64,000 bases of DNA from NCBI GenBank assembly GCA_045114635.1, contig JBGUKY010000021.1, positions 6,100-70,099 on the forward strand, given 5' to 3'. Shown one piece after another: positions 50,770-62,224 of the stretch (position 1 is its first letter; each line of letters starts with the position of its first letter). This DNA comes from Candidatus Enterousia sp. (GTDB taxonomy: Bacteria > Pseudomonadota > Alphaproteobacteria > Rs-D84). The notes beneath the pieces were generated by a model, which searched no databases, was not told where the DNA came from, and saw nothing but the letters and a program-made list of their open reading frames with translations. A program made the translations under genes and the position numbers.

Positions 50770-52743
50770 ATGGCAAAAAAATATCTTATTACTACTGCAC
50801 TTCCTTATATAAACGGCGAATTGCATTTGGGACATCTTGTTGGTTGTTATTTACCAAGTGATGTCTATGCGCGTTTTTGTCGTGCGATGTCGCGTGATGT
50901 GTTATATATTTGCGGTGCAGACGAACATGGTACAACTGCTGTTGTTGGTGCCGCCAAGGAAGGGTTACCAATTATTGAATACAACAATAAATATTATGAA
51001 AAACAAAAGAAATCTTTTCATAATTTTAATTTATCATTTGATTTGTTCGGTCGCACACACACTGAATTACAAGAAGAATTGATTCATGATTTGTTCACAC
51101 GTCTTGATGAACAAGGTTTAATAGAAGAACGCGAAACAATTCAACCTTACAGTGTTGATGACGGTATGTTTTTGGCAGATCGTCAATTAAACGGGACTTG
51201 TCCAAACTGTGGTTATGAAAAGGCCCGCGGTGATCAATGCGATAAATGCAGTGCCACATACGAAGCATCTGAATTAATAAATCCTCATTCAACAATATCC
51301 GGATCAACAAATATTGAAATGCGTCCAACAAAAAACCTGTTTTTCAAAGCTTCTAAAATGCAAGACGAATGGAAAAAATGGTTGGACGAGCATGCACCAA
51401 AATGGTCAAAAACCGCATCTGCTATCGCACGCGGTTGGGCAAACGAAGGATTACGTGACACATCAATTACACGTGATTTGTCGTGGGGAATCCCTGTAAA
51501 CAAACCAGGATACGAAAACAAAGTTTTCTATGTTTGGTTTGATGCACCATGGGGTTATGTTTCTATATCACAAGCTGCAAATAAAGATTGGGCGACATGG
51601 TGGAAAAATCCAGATTGTTATTATGCGCAATTTATGGGTAAAGATAATGTAAAGTTTCATGCGATATTTTTCCCAGAACAACAATTGGCTATGCACGACA
51701 ACTGGAAAACTGTTGATATGTTAAAATCAATGAATTTCCTTAATTTCGAAGATGGAAAGTTTTCAAAATCAGAACATAACGGCATATTCCTTGATGAAGC
51801 TATTGATATCGCACCAAGCGACGCATGGAGATATGCATTAATGGCATCTGCACCAGAAACAGATGATTACTATTTCAAAATCGATCGTTTCGCAGATATT
51901 GTTAATAAAGATTTGAATGGTATGCTTGGTAATTTTGTATCACGTGTTTGCAAATTATCGAACAAAAACTTTGGAAATATTGTTCCAAATTCAGACGGTT
52001 TAGACAGCGAATTAAAATCAAGAATTGATGAAAAATTATCTGAATTAACCGACGCACTTGAAAAATGCGAATTTCGCGCAAGTATATTCGCGTTGCGTTC
52101 GTTATGGGCAATTGGAAACGAATATATGACCGAAAAAGAACCATGGGCATTGGTTAAAAACGGCGATATGGACACGGCCGCACATGTGTTAAACAACTGT
52201 TTCCAATTGATTGATTTTTATGCACGTGTATCTGCACCGTTTATACCTGATACTGCGATCAAGATGCAAAATATTTTTGCAACCAAAAACGATTTATCTT
52301 GGCCGTCTGAATTTTTACCACGTGTAAAAAATGGCACAGAATTCACAATTCCAGAAAACTTGTTTGAAAGAATTGATGATGACAAAGTAAAATATTTACA
52401 AGATAAATATTCATCTAAAAAACAAATTTGCTTAAAGGTTGTAAAAATCATTGATGTCAAAGATCATCCTGAACGTGAAAATCTACATGTTTTAACAATC
52501 AATGATGGAACACAAAATTATACTATTGTTTGCGGTGCACCAAATGTTAAAAAAGATATGTTGGCTGTATTTGCACCAATTGGTGCAATATTACCCAAAA
52601 CAGGTAAACCAATTAAACCACGCAATGTTGTTGGCGTTGAATCTGCTGGTATGTTATGTAGTGCATCTGAATTGAATATATCTGATAACGATTCTGAACT
52701 TTATGAAATAACAGATGCATCTAAATTTGGAAAAGATTTTTAA
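50770..52743 (+). CDS. metG: Methionyl-tRNA synthetase with C-terminal tRNA-binding (EMAP/Trbp111-like) domain.
   Basis: HLGH and KFSKS motifs; zinc knuckle CPNCG...CDKC; 657 aa. Confidence 0.95.
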   Translation: MAKKYLITTALPYINGELHLGHLVGCYLPSDVYARFCRAMSRDVLYICGADEHGTTAVVGAAKEGLPIIEYNNKYYEKQKKSFHNFNLSFDLFGRTHTELQEELIHDLFTRLDEQGLIEERETIQPYSVDDGMFLADRQLNGTCPNCGYEKARGDQCDKCSATYEASELINPHSTISGSTNIEMRPTKNLFFKASKMQDEWKKWLDEHAPKWSKTASAIARGWANEGLRDTSITRDLSWGIPVNKPGYENKVFYVWFDAPWGYVSISQAANKDWATWWKNPDCYYAQFMGKDNVKFHAIFFPEQQLAMHDNWKTVDMLKSMNFLNFEDGKFSKSEHNGIFLDEAIDIAPSDAWRYALMASAPETDDYYFKIDRFADIVNKDLNGMLGNFVSRVCKLSNKNFGNIVPNSDGLDSELKSRIDEKLSELTDALEKCEFRASIFALRSLWAIGNEYMTEKEPWALVKNGDMDTAAHVLNNCFQLIDFYARVSAPFIPDTAIKMQNIFATKNDLSWPSEFLPRVKNGTEFTIPENLFERIDDDKVKYLQDKYSSKKQICLKVVKIIDVKDHPERENLHVLTINDGTQNYTIVCGAPNVKKDMLAVFAPIGAILPKTGKPIKPRNVVGVESAGMLCSASELNISDNDSELYEITDASKFGKDF

Positions 52744-53069
52744 TGGAAAACGAACAACGTAAATCTTATAGAAAGAAACCAACAATTCATAAAGTGAACG
52801 TGTTTCATATGCATTCTTTATTCAGATTTTTATATATTTCTTGCGAAACCTGCAAATTTGAACACAGATGCCACGATACTAAACACAAACGCGAAATATG
52901 TACAGTATCAAGAAACGCTGAAAAATTATTGATTCCTTTTACACACGGTCGTGTTTCAAGTTTTTTAGCAGACGAATTTTATATACTCGTTAAACACAAA
53001 GAAGAAAAACAATTAAAAGATATTTTTAAATTCTTGCGAATGAAATATGTAAAGAAAAATGCCAGATAA
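52743..53069 (+). CDS. Hypothetical small Cys/His-containing protein (possibly non-coding).
   Basis: ORF only; ATGA overlap with the metG stop. Confidence 0.2.
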   Translation: MENEQRKSYRKKPTIHKVNVFHMHSLFRFLYISCETCKFEHRCHDTKHKREICTVSRNAEKLLIPFTHGRVSSFLADEFYILVKHKEEKQLKDIFKFLRMKYVKKNAR

Positions 53070-53595
53070 CAAATTGATTTTGATGTCTTGCTGTGCACCA
53101 TGTTCATGTGGTGCTATTAAACAGTTGGCAAACAAAGAAATCCCTGGCATAGACGATTTTATCGTGATGTTTTTTAATCCGAATATTTTTCCGGAATCCG
53201 AATACAAAAAACGCCTTAATGAGCAAATAAAATATTGTGAAAAACTTGGTGTAAAATATGTTATTGGCGATTATGATCATGATGATTGGCGCAACGCTGT
53301 ATGCGGTCTTGAAAACGAACCGGAACGTGGTGCAAGATGCAGTAAATGTTTTGCGTATCGTTTTTGTTATGCACGTGAATATGCAAAAAAACATGGTTTT
53401 GATGCAATTGCTTCTGTATTTGGTGTATCACGTTTCAAAGATCAAAATCAGGTTGATTATGCTGCAAATGAATCTTGTGGCAACATAAAATATTTACCAA
53501 TTAAATGGAACGAAGAATTGCGTCAACAAATCAATCACGAAACTGATTTTTATCGTCAAAAATATTGCGGTTGCGAATTCAGTAAAAGAGATTAA
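53059..53595 (+). CDS. queH: Epoxyqueuosine reductase QueH (DUF208).
   Basis: N-terminal LILMSCCAPCS motif; conserved C-terminal Cys cluster (KYCGCEFS); 178 aa. Confidence 0.65.
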   Translation: MPDNKLILMSCCAPCSCGAIKQLANKEIPGIDDFIVMFFNPNIFPESEYKKRLNEQIKYCEKLGVKYVIGDYDHDDWRNAVCGLENEPERGARCSKCFAYRFCYAREYAKKHGFDAIASVFGVSRFKDQNQVDYAANESCGNIKYLPIKWNEELRQQINHETDFYRQKYCGCEFSKRD

Positions 53596-53597
53596 AT

Positions 53598-54083
53598 ATG
53601 GCAGAATTTTGGGATGTTTATGATATCAACGGTAAAAAGTTGAATAAAATTATTCAACGTGGCAAAGACTGCCTTGGTGACAATGAATACCATATGGGCT
53701 CTGCTGTTTTTATCAAAGATAATGATGATTTTTTAATTCAACAAAGATCTTTAAAAAAAGATTTATATCCTGGCAAATGGTCTATAACTGGCGGCTCTGC
53801 CTTGGCTGGCGAAGATGCAAAACAATGTGCTGTACGCGAAGTTATGGAAGAATTGGGTATAAAAATAAATCCACAAAATCTTAAACAAATATACAGTTTT
53901 ACCGCACGTCAATGTATCTTTAACATATTTGTAACATCTGTACCAAAAACAACAAAAACCACACGTCAGGTTGAAGAAGTTGAACAAATCGCGTGGGTAT
54001 CGCGTCAAAAAATGCTCGATTTATATCATGATGGGGACTTTATGTTGCCTTTCATAGATGAAATGTTAAAACGCATCAAATAA
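53598..54083 (+). CDS. NUDIX hydrolase.
   Basis: Nudix box GGSALAGEDAKQCAVREVMEELGI. Confidence 0.75.
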   Translation: MAEFWDVYDINGKKLNKIIQRGKDCLGDNEYHMGSAVFIKDNDDFLIQQRSLKKDLYPGKWSITGGSALAGEDAKQCAVREVMEELGIKINPQNLKQIYSFTARQCIFNIFVTSVPKTTKTTRQVEEVEQIAWVSRQKMLDLYHDGDFMLPFIDEMLKRIK

Positions 54084-54151
54084 TAGATAATAATTTGATT
54101 TTTGCTTTTATTCTTCTATAATTTTATATGAAATATAACAAAAGGACAGAT

Positions 54152-55036
54152 ATGTCATCTATCTATGTTTTCCCAGGTCAAGGCGCACAAGCTGTGGGAA
54201 TGGGACTTGATTTATACCAAAATAACACGGATGCACGCGCTGTTTTTGATGAAATGGATGCGGCATTGAACGAAAAATTGTCGGATATTATTTTTAATGG
54301 TCCGATTGAAACTTTGACTTTAACAGCAAACGTTCAACCAGCGATACTCGCAACATCTATCGCAATGTTTCGTGCCGGCAATTTTCCAAAACCAGATTAT
54401 GTGGCCGGACACTCGCTCGGCGAATATACCGCACTTTGTGCCGCTGGCGCATTGTCTTTGACAGATGCAATTAAATTGGTAAGACTTCGTGGTGAATCTA
54501 TGCAAAATGCCGTTCCTGCGGGTCAGGGCGCAATGGCTGTAATATTAGGTATCGAATATGATGCTTTGAAAACTGTTTGTGAAAAGGCAGAATCTGAAAC
54601 AGGTGGCGTATGTGATATTGCAAATGATAATTGCCCGGGTCAAATTGTTATATCTGGTGCAAATAACACAATTGAACGCGCTATGGAACTTGCAAAAGAA
54701 GCAGGTGCAAAACGTGCTATGAAATTGGCATTATCTGTTCCGCCACATTCACGTTTAATGGAACCGGTTGTTACTGTTATGAAAAAAGCATTGGATGAAA
54801 TCGAAATCAAAACACCAATTGTTCCAATTATTTCTAATAAAACATGCACACCTTTGACAGATGTCAATGAAATCAAAGATGCATTGCTTTACCAAATAAC
54901 ACATGGTGTTCGTTGGCGCGAAAGTGTTATGGAAATGGTCAACCTTGGCATTGATGATTTAACTGAAATCGGCCCAGGCGAAGCATTGATTGGTATGACA
55001 AAACGCACAACAGATAAAATTAACGCACATAAATAG
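54152..55036 (+). CDS. fabD: Malonyl CoA-ACP transacylase.
   Basis: FPGQGAQ and GHSLGEY motifs; start placed at MSSIYVF, which has an AAGGA RBS. Confidence 0.9.
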   Translation: MSSIYVFPGQGAQAVGMGLDLYQNNTDARAVFDEMDAALNEKLSDIIFNGPIETLTLTANVQPAILATSIAMFRAGNFPKPDYVAGHSLGEYTALCAAGALSLTDAIKLVRLRGESMQNAVPAGQGAMAVILGIEYDALKTVCEKAESETGGVCDIANDNCPGQIVISGANNTIERAMELAKEAGAKRAMKLALSVPPHSRLMEPVVTVMKKALDEIEIKTPIVPIISNKTCTPLTDVNEIKDALLYQITHGVRWRESVMEMVNLGIDDLTEIGPGEALIGMTKRTTDKINAHK

Positions 55037-55045
55037 GGGATAAAT

Positions 55046-55771
55046 ATGTTTGAATTAAAAGATAAAGTCGTTTTAATCACAGGTGCCACAGGTGGTATCG
55101 GTGGTGCAATCGCAGAACAAATGAAGGCAGCCGGTGCAACAGTTGTTGTAACTGGACGCAATCTTGAAAAATTATCTGCGTTTGATGATTCTTTTATAAA
55201 GATTCAATCTGATTTATCCATTGATGGCGCTGCTGAAAAATTGATAGCAGATACAATTGAAAAGGCTGGTCATATTGATGTTTTAATCAACAACGCTGGC
55301 ATTACTGCTGATACATTGATGATGCGCATGACTGACGAACAATTCGATAATGTTTTGAATACAAACTTACGTGCAACATTTAAAATGTGTAGGGCTGCAA
55401 TCATGCCAATGATGAAACAAAGATTTGGTCGTATTATCAATATGGCTTCCATAGTTGGTGTTGTCGGTGGTGTTGGCCAAACAAATTATGCAGCAAGCAA
55501 AGGTGGAATTATAGCAATGACAAAATCTATTGCAGCAGAAGTTGCTTCACGCGGAATTACTGCAAACTCTATCGCACCAGGATTTATCAAAACACCTATG
55601 ACAGATGTTTTGAGTGACGAATTAAAGGCAAAATATCTTGAACAAATACCAGCGGGTCGTTTTGGTGAACCAATCGATGTTGCAAACACTTGTGTGTTCT
55701 TGGCAAGTGACGAAGCTTCATATATAAACGGCCAAACAATTCATGTAAACGGTGGTATGGGACGTTTTTAA
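55046..55771 (+). CDS. fabG: 3-oxoacyl-ACP reductase.
   Basis: SDR motifs [15 protein letters not shown]; 241 aa. Confidence 0.85.
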   Translation: MFELKDKVVLITGATGGIGGAIAEQMKAAGATVVVTGRNLEKLSAFDDSFIKIQSDLSIDGAAEKLIADTIEKAGHIDVLINNAGITADTLMMRMTDEQFDNVLNTNLRATFKMCRAAIMPMMKQRFGRIINMASIVGVVGGVGQTNYAASKGGIIAMTKSIAAEVASRGITANSIAPGFIKTPMTDVLSDELKAKYLEQIPAGRFGEPIDVANTCVFLASDEASYINGQTIHVNGGMGRF

Positions 55772-55775
55772 TAAA

Positions 55776-57428
55776 ATGCAAAACTTTGACGTGATTGTTA
55801 TCGGTGGTGGACATGCCGGGGTAGAGGCCGCGGCAGCTGCCGCACGTCGTAGTGCAAAGACTTTGTTAATAACAATGCGCGAAAGCGATATTGGCGCAAT
55901 GTCTTGTAATCCATCTATTGGTGGACCAGGCAAATCACAAATGGTTGCTGAAATGGCTGTATTTGGTGGGGTTATGCCATATGCTGCAGATTCATCTGGT
56001 ATTCATTGGCGAACATTGAATGCAACACATGGTGCCGCGACACAGGCACTTCGTGCACAAATAGATCGTAATTTTTATCATAATGCAGTAATGAAGATTT
56101 TGAAATCAACAAAAAATCTTGATGTTGTTTTTGAATCTGTTATTGATCTTGATTTACAAAATAAAATTATCAATAAAAAATATTCTGCAAAATCTATTGT
56201 TTTAACAACTGGCACTTTCTTAGGTGGACTTGTTACACGCGGAAATGAAAAAATTAAATCTGGTCGTTTAATGGATAATGGTGAATACCAGGAAAACGAT
56301 TCGCATATATCAAAAGTTTTAAGTAATGCAGGTTTTGAATTATTAAGATTAAAGACCGGGACACCGGCACGTATTTATCGCGATAGTATTGATTTTAGTG
56401 TTTGTGAAGAACAACCAGGCGACACACCACATGATTGGTTTGGAATTGGCGATAATAACAATACGATAAACGATAAATGTTTTATTACACATACAAACGA
56501 AACAACACATGAAATAATTCGTGAAAACATAAAAAATGCACCAATGTATAACGGTGATATTCGCGGTCTTGGCCCGCGTTATTGTCCATCATTGGAAGAT
56601 AAAGTTATGCGTTTTCCAGAACATAAAACACACCATGTGTTTTTGGAACCAGAAGGTTTCGGTAGTGATTTAATTTATCCAAACGGCATATCGACCAGTT
56701 TTGGTGCAGATATCCAAGATAAATGGATACGTACTATCCCAGGCCTTGAAAATGCACGCATTGCGCGTTACGGATATGCAATTGAATACGATGCAATTGA
56801 TGCACGTACATTAAAAAATACATTGGAATCAAAAGATTTTCCTGGTCTGTTTTTTGCTGGCCAAATCAATGGAACATCTGGATATGAAGAAGCCGCCGCC
56901 CAGGGTTTAATTGCTGGCGCAAACGCCGCTGCACACGCATTAGATATTGAACCTTTGATAATCGACAGAACTAATTCTATGATTGGTGTTTTGATTGACG
57001 ACATAACAACACTTGGTGTTGATGAACCATATCGTATGTTCACTTCGCGTGCCGAATATCGCCTTAATCTTCGCGCAGATAACGCAATACTGCGATTGGG
57101 TGAAATGTCCGAAAAGATCGGTTTGATTTCACACGATTTACATGAACAAGTTTTAAAAATGCGCAAAAGTACTGCTGTTGAAAACGACAAATTTTATGCC
57201 GGTTATATTGAAAGAAATGAACGCGAAATTGCGAACTATAAACGCGACAGCCAATTAAAAATACCAGCTAATTTTGACTATAAAGAATTATCAGGCCTTA
57301 CCAATGAATTGGTTGAAAAATTAACAAAAACACGTCCTGAAAATATTGCTGCATTGTCCAGAATCCCTGGAATAACACCGGCCGGAATCATGGTAGTATT
57401 ACGCAAAATAAAAAGTGGAAATAAATAA
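55776..57428 (+). CDS. mnmG: tRNA uridine-5-carboxymethylaminomethyl modification enzyme MnmG (GidA).
   Basis: FAD motif [11 protein letters not shown]; GPRYCPS; C-terminal GidA-specific domain (...[17 protein letters not shown]). Confidence 0.9.
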   Translation: MQNFDVIVIGGGHAGVEAAAAAARRSAKTLLITMRESDIGAMSCNPSIGGPGKSQMVAEMAVFGGVMPYAADSSGIHWRTLNATHGAATQALRAQIDRNFYHNAVMKILKSTKNLDVVFESVIDLDLQNKIINKKYSAKSIVLTTGTFLGGLVTRGNEKIKSGRLMDNGEYQENDSHISKVLSNAGFELLRLKTGTPARIYRDSIDFSVCEEQPGDTPHDWFGIGDNNNTINDKCFITHTNETTHEIIRENIKNAPMYNGDIRGLGPRYCPSLEDKVMRFPEHKTHHVFLEPEGFGSDLIYPNGISTSFGADIQDKWIRTIPGLENARIARYGYAIEYDAIDARTLKNTLESKDFPGLFFAGQINGTSGYEEAAAQGLIAGANAAAHALDIEPLIIDRTNSMIGVLIDDITTLGVDEPYRMFTSRAEYRLNLRADNAILRLGEMSEKIGLISHDLHEQVLKMRKSTAVENDKFYAGYIERNEREIANYKRDSQLKIPANFDYKELSGLTNELVEKLTKTRPENIAALSRIPGITPAGIMVVLRKIKSGNK

Positions 57429-57453
57429 AAATATATACTAATATCCCCATATC

Positions 57454-57529
57454 GCCGGAATAGCTCAGTTGGTAGAGCATCTCATTCGTAATGAGGGGGT
57501 CGCAGGTTCAAATCCTGTTTCCGGCACCA
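57454..57529 (+). tRNA. tRNA-Thr (anticodon CGT).
   Basis: Folded by hand: acceptor GCCGGAA/TTCCGGC, D-arm GCTCAGTTGGTAGAGC, anticodon loop TTCGTAA, T-loop TTCAAAT, CCA encoded. Confidence 0.9.
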
Positions 57530-57538
57530 TCATAAAAA

Positions 57539-57562
57539 ATACCGGCATTTGCCGGTATTTTT
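57539..57562. terminator. Bidirectional intrinsic terminator between tRNA-Thr and nth.
   Basis: ACCGGCATTTGCCGGT hairpin with an A-run and a T-run. Confidence 0.6.
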
Positions 57563-58235
57563 ATATTTTTTTATCTTTCGCATTACACCACTTTGCAACC
57601 GGACAATTTTCACAATTTGGACGAAGTGCTTTACATGTATAACGACCATGTAAAACCATTACATGATTTACCATTGCGTGATATTTTTGTGGAATTATTT
57701 TTAATAATTTTTCTTCGACTTTTTCTGGTGTGTTTTCTGCTTCACCAACCCAACCATATCGATGTGCATTTCGAAACACATGTGTATCAACACCAATATT
57801 TGGCGCATCCCATAAAACATTCATAATCACATTTGCTGTCTTTTGACCGACGCCAGCCAAATTCATCAATTCAGCACGATTATGATATTTTTGTGGAAAC
57901 TTGTAATTTTTATCATCGCTGTCTTTATCTTTTAATTGGGCCGACAATTTTATTATGTTTTCGGCCTTGTTATTAAAGAAAGAAATTACGCGTATATGTT
58001 TTTTTAACCCATCAAGTCCAAGTTTTAACATTTTATCTGGGGTTGGCGCAATTTTGAAAAGTCCTGGTGTTACTTCATTTACTTTCTTATCAGTTGCCTG
58101 CGCAGACAAAATAACCGCAACTGCAAAAGTAAATTCATTTGTAGAATATAATTCAGACCGGATATTCATATTCAATGTGGGACACACATTTTCAAAATAA
58201 ATATCCGGCGAAAGAGTTATTTTCGATTTAGCCAT
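57561..58235 (-). CDS. nth: Endonuclease III.
   Basis: HhH-GPD motif (LAGVGQKTANVIM) and C-terminal 4Fe-4S cluster CKALRPNCENCPVAKWC. Confidence 0.9.
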   Translation of the reverse strand: MAKSKITLSPDIYFENVCPTLNMNIRSELYSTNEFTFAVAVILSAQATDKKVNEVTPGLFKIAPTPDKMLKLGLDGLKKHIRVISFFNNKAENIIKLSAQLKDKDSDDKNYKFPQKYHNRAELMNLAGVGQKTANVIMNVLWDAPNIGVDTHVFRNAHRYGWVGEAENTPEKVEEKLLKIIPQKYHAMVNHVMVLHGRYTCKALRPNCENCPVAKWCNAKDKKI

Positions 58236-61200
58236 TTACTTTTTCGATATTGATTGCGAAATTGTAATCTTCGATTTGTTTTTCAAATTGATTGGCGTCG
58301 CCAGCACCCATTTCAACAATCAAAGCATCATGCATTATGCGTTTTTTGTGTGCTTCGATTGCGTTATGAAGTGCGACATCTGCTGTATAGGTCAATTTGA
58401 TTCTATCTGAAACATCTAAATCTGCGGCTTTACGTGAATCTTGGATAAAGCGCAACGCATCGTTTACCAAACCCTCGGCAACTAATTCGCTGTTTATTTC
58501 TGTATTCAAAACAACGACCGCTGTATTATCTGGTAAAGCACTTCCTGTTATGCCTTCTTTCACAGTTAAACGGTTTTCAAATTCGTCAGCATTTAAAACA
58601 TTTTCACCAACGACCAATTTATCACCATCTAATGTATATTCACCACGTTTAACAGCCGGTATAATATCTTTCAAAGCACCGCCAAGGCGCGCACCAATTT
58701 TTGGTGTAATCAGATAAACAAAACTGTCTGCAACATTGTGAATATCATCAACAAACTTTACTTTTTTAACATTTAATTCGTCTTTGATAATATCTGCATA
58801 ATCACCCATTTCTATGCCGGCAATAGTTGCATCCGCAAGTGGCAAACGATTGCGCAATTTATATTGTTCACGTAATTGTTTTCCGGTCGATACTATCATT
58901 TGAACACGACGCATATCATTCAAGATTTTTTCGTCTGTGTTTGTTGCTGTTGGCCAATCTTGTAAATGTACAGATTCTTCACCGGTCAGGTTTTTGAATA
59001 TATATTCACTGATAAATGGTGCAAAAGGTGCCAAACATTTTGTAAAGTTCACCAATACATAATGTAATGTTTCAAATGCACTTACATCTTCGTCCCAGAA
59101 TCTGTCACGATTACGACGGATATACCAGTTGTTCAAAATATCAAGGAAACGAACAAATTCTTTAACCGCAACATCTGGTTTATATTCATCCAAAGATGAT
59201 GTTGTTGTTTTCACCAATTCGTTTAATTCAGCCAAGATGTATTTATCCAACAAATTGTCCGAACTTGGTTTATTTTCAACAGTAATATTTCCAGCATTAG
59301 CATAAAGTGTAAAGAAATGATATGCATTCCAAAGTGGTGTTAAAATTGTTTTGATTGAATCATTAAATATAACACCTTCTTTATCAACACTGACAGATTC
59401 CGCCTTCATAAAATTGCTGCCTTGGATAAACAAACGCACAGCATCAGCACCTGTTTTTTCAATCTGTTCACTTGGATCAACATAGTTATGTAAAGATTTT
59501 GATAATTTTCTTTTCTGTTCGTCCAAGATCATACCATTTACAGATACTGTTTTAAATGCAGGTTTATCAAACAATGCGGTTGCCATAACCATCAGAGAAT
59601 AAAACCATCCACGTGTCTGATCTTGGCCTTCGATAATATAATCTGCCGGAAAATTATTTTTGAACTTATCCTGATTTTCAAATGGATAATGCAATTGTGC
59701 AAAAGGCATAGATCCACTTTCAAACCAACAATCTAAAACATCAACTATGCGTTTCCAGCCATCTTTTTCCAATTTATCAAGCGTTGGCCGATGCAGATCT
59801 TCAATTTTTACACCAAAGAAATCTTCCATTTCTTTTATTGAACCAAAGATTTTGTATTCGCCATCTTTTTCCCAAATTGGTAATGGAACACCCCAGAATC
59901 TGTTTCGTGATATTCCCCAAGGACGCGCGTTTTCAATCCATGCCATAAAACGATTACCTGCACTTGTCCATGTTGTATCGTTTTTTGTTATTTCAACAAG
60001 ACGTTCGCGAATCTTTGGAACATCAATATACCAAGCATCCGTTGCACGATAGATTAACTTTTCATGACTGCGTGGACCAAAAGGATAGCTGTGTTTATGT
60101 TGATCTTTTTTAACCAAAATACCATTCGTTTTTAACCAATCTATGATTTTAGGGTTGGCTTCAAATATATTTTGTCCCGCCCAATCTTTTACAGTTTTAT
60201 CAAAATTACCATAATCATCAACATTCAAAATTACTGGGAATTTTGGATCAAGTGCTTTTGCCGCAAAATAGTCATCTTCACCAAAAGCTGGCGCGATATG
60301 AACGATACCTGTACCATCGCCGTCGCTTACATAATCAGCAGCAATTATTTGATGTAATAATGGATCAGATTTTTCATAATAATCAAATATTGGTTTATAA
60401 TGCAGACCAACCAAATCTTTACCGAGTAGTGTCTCAAGTTTTTCACTTTCACCAAAAACTTTTTCATATGCTTTCAAACGCGATGCTGCCAAAACATAAA
60501 TATGACCGTCATCGTGACGCATGCGCACATATTCCATTTCTGGATTTACAGCCAATGCAGAATTAGCAGGTAACGTCCATGGTGTTGTTGTCCAAGCAAT
60601 AGCACGATCGCCATTTTCGAGTTCGAACCAAACAGTTACAGTATCATCGACAACATCTTGATATTCGCTGGACGCTTCACTGTTTGATAAAACAGTCCCA
60701 AGTTTCCAATCATATGGGTTAACTTTGAAATCTTTATAAAGCAAACCTTTGTCGTGCAGTTGCTTCAAAGCCCAAATCACAGATTCCATATAATCTTTGT
60801 CCATTGTGCGATACCCCTTGGCATCACCACCATCAACCCAACGACCAATTCTTTCGATAAAGCGCAACCATTCATTTGTATATGTCATAACATCGCTTCT
60901 GCACATATCACAGAAAGCAGCAATACCGTCCTGCTTAACAATATCTTTGGCATTACGCCCTTGCTTTTTTTCAACACTGTTTTCTGCCGGCAACCCATGA
61001 CAATCCCAACCAAGCTCACGAACAACATGAAATCCACGCATAGTTTTATAGCGCGAAACCATATCTTTTATAGCAGATACACCCAAATGTCCCCAGTGTG
61101 GCAAACCGTTTCCAAAAGGAGGGCCATCATAGAAATTAAACGGTTCGCCCATTTTGGTTTTGTTCAAAGATTTATGGAAAGTATCATCTTCACGCCAAAA

Positions 61201-61263
61201 CCCCAGAACACTATGTTCTATTTCTGAAAAATTAGCCTTTGGATCTGTCTTTTTATATGTCAT
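58228..61263 (-). CDS. ileS: Isoleucyl-tRNA synthetase (long, type-2-like).
   Basis: HWGH-type HIGH motif and KLSKS; 1011 aa. Confidence 0.95.
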   Translation of the reverse strand: MTYKKTDPKANFSEIEHSVLGFWREDDTFHKSLNKTKMGEPFNFYDGPPFGNGLPHWGHLGVSAIKDMVSRYKTMRGFHVVRELGWDCHGLPAENSVEKKQGRNAKDIVKQDGIAAFCDMCRSDVMTYTNEWLRFIERIGRWVDGGDAKGYRTMDKDYMESVIWALKQLHDKGLLYKDFKVNPYDWKLGTVLSNSEASSEYQDVVDDTVTVWFELENGDRAIAWTTTPWTLPANSALAVNPEMEYVRMRHDDGHIYVLAASRLKAYEKVFGESEKLETLLGKDLVGLHYKPIFDYYEKSDPLLHQIIAADYVSDGDGTGIVHIAPAFGEDDYFAAKALDPKFPVILNVDDYGNFDKTVKDWAGQNIFEANPKIIDWLKTNGILVKKDQHKHSYPFGPRSHEKLIYRATDAWYIDVPKIRERLVEITKNDTTWTSAGNRFMAWIENARPWGISRNRFWGVPLPIWEKDGEYKIFGSIKEMEDFFGVKIEDLHRPTLDKLEKDGWKRIVDVLDCWFESGSMPFAQLHYPFENQDKFKNNFPADYIIEGQDQTRGWFYSLMVMATALFDKPAFKTVSVNGMILDEQKRKLSKSLHNYVDPSEQIEKTGADAVRLFIQGSNFMKAESVSVDKEGVIFNDSIKTILTPLWNAYHFFTLYANAGNITVENKPSSDNLLDKYILAELNELVKTTTSSLDEYKPDVAVKEFVRFLDILNNWYIRRNRDRFWDEDVSAFETLHYVLVNFTKCLAPFAPFISEYIFKNLTGEESVHLQDWPTATNTDEKILNDMRRVQMIVSTGKQLREQYKLRNRLPLADATIAGIEMGDYADIIKDELNVKKVKFVDDIHNVADSFVYLITPKIGARLGGALKDIIPAVKRGEYTLDGDKLVVGENVLNADEFENRLTVKEGITGSALPDNTAVVVLNTEINSELVAEGLVNDALRFIQDSRKAADLDVSDRIKLTYTADVALHNAIEAHKKRIMHDALIVEMGAGDANQFEKQIEDYNFAINIEKVNG

Positions 61264-61420
61264 TTATTTGCCTTTTTATATTAAAAATGGCGCTTTACGC
61301 GCCTCAGCCAACGCCAAAGCGCAGTGCCATTTATTTAATAATAATTATCGTGTTTGTTTTCATGCCCTTATTTATACAATGAATATATCCAAAAATCAAG
61401 TTTTTGATACCGTTATATGT

Positions 61421-61460
61421 TTGACAAATTGCTTGACTTGTCAAAAATACTATATATAAT
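61421..61460 (+). promoter_or_regulatory. Promoter with an overlapping inverted-repeat operator candidate.
   Basis: TTGACAA-N10-TTGTCAA palindrome (61421-61444) overlapping -35 TTGACT (61433-61438), a 16 nt spacer and -10 TATAAT (61455-61460), upstream of the ORF at 61488. Confidence 0.4.
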
Positions 61461-61487
61461 ACAAGCGAAAAAACAAAAAGGCAAATA

Positions 61488-61817
61488 ATGACATATAAAA
61501 CAAGTAATGAATGCGGTGAAATTATCGATGCTCTTTTAACCGATGACATTAGTTCTACACCGGTAACTTCTATCACAGATCAAATGTATCTTATCGGTAA
61601 TGGAAAGGCTTTTATAACTGTCCAATGCGACACCAAAGGCAAAGAAAAACAAGCCTTCTGTATAAAACATATTAAAAAAGACACAAAATATATTAAAATC
61701 ACCGAACAAAAAAAAGCAAAACTTATTAGTGATGCTTGTAAATTAAGACTTGCGGCTTTTTTGCGTGAACATGCAAAAATTGAAAAAATCAACCACCGTT
61801 TTGAAATAACAAGATAA
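61488..61817 (+). CDS. Hypothetical protein (109 aa).
   Basis: ORF with the promoter above; no recognisable motif. Confidence 0.3.
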   Translation: MTYKTSNECGEIIDALLTDDISSTPVTSITDQMYLIGNGKAFITVQCDTKGKEKQAFCIKHIKKDTKYIKITEQKKAKLISDACKLRLAAFLREHAKIEKINHRFEITR

Positions 61818-61821
61818 AACA

Positions 61822-62223
61822 ATGATTGCTAACAAAGACACAAAATTTACAACAAAAGACAAAGCCAAAGAAATGGCAATATATATTGCATACTGTCCTG
61901 AAACAGAAATGCTTATAGAAACCACACATGAAATTTCCCCAACTGGTGTTGCAACAGTAAAAACTTTTTCATACACAAACGGATTAACACAAATAAAATA
62001 TAACAAATGGATTGTTGAAGGCGCAAAATTAGCAACAGAAATGAAACTGCCGGGACACGAAAAACACAATCACTTGGTCCAAGGTTCAGCCGTTCGTGTT
62101 TTATCAAAACAATTTAATCATATATTTAAATTTTATGGCGAAGATGCGAAAGATATAATAAATGCATGTGAACAAAATCGCTTACTAGAAATATTAATAA
62201 TAACTAATAATTTACAAAGATAA
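61822..62223 (+). CDS. Hypothetical protein (133 aa).
   Basis: Starts 4 nt after the previous ORF; followed by a strong terminator. Confidence 0.3.
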   Translation: MIANKDTKFTTKDKAKEMAIYIAYCPETEMLIETTHEISPTGVATVKTFSYTNGLTQIKYNKWIVEGAKLATEMKLPGHEKHNHLVQGSAVRVLSKQFNHIFKFYGEDAKDIINACEQNRLLEILIITNNLQR

Positions 62224-62224
62224 A

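Noticed and set aside
55752-57428. Initially considered TrmFO (folate-dependent tRNA methyltransferase) because of the GIDA-like FAD N-terminus.
   Set aside because: The protein is 550+ aa with the MnmG-specific C-terminal domain (...[19 protein letters not shown]) and GPRYCPS motif. Called mnmG instead.
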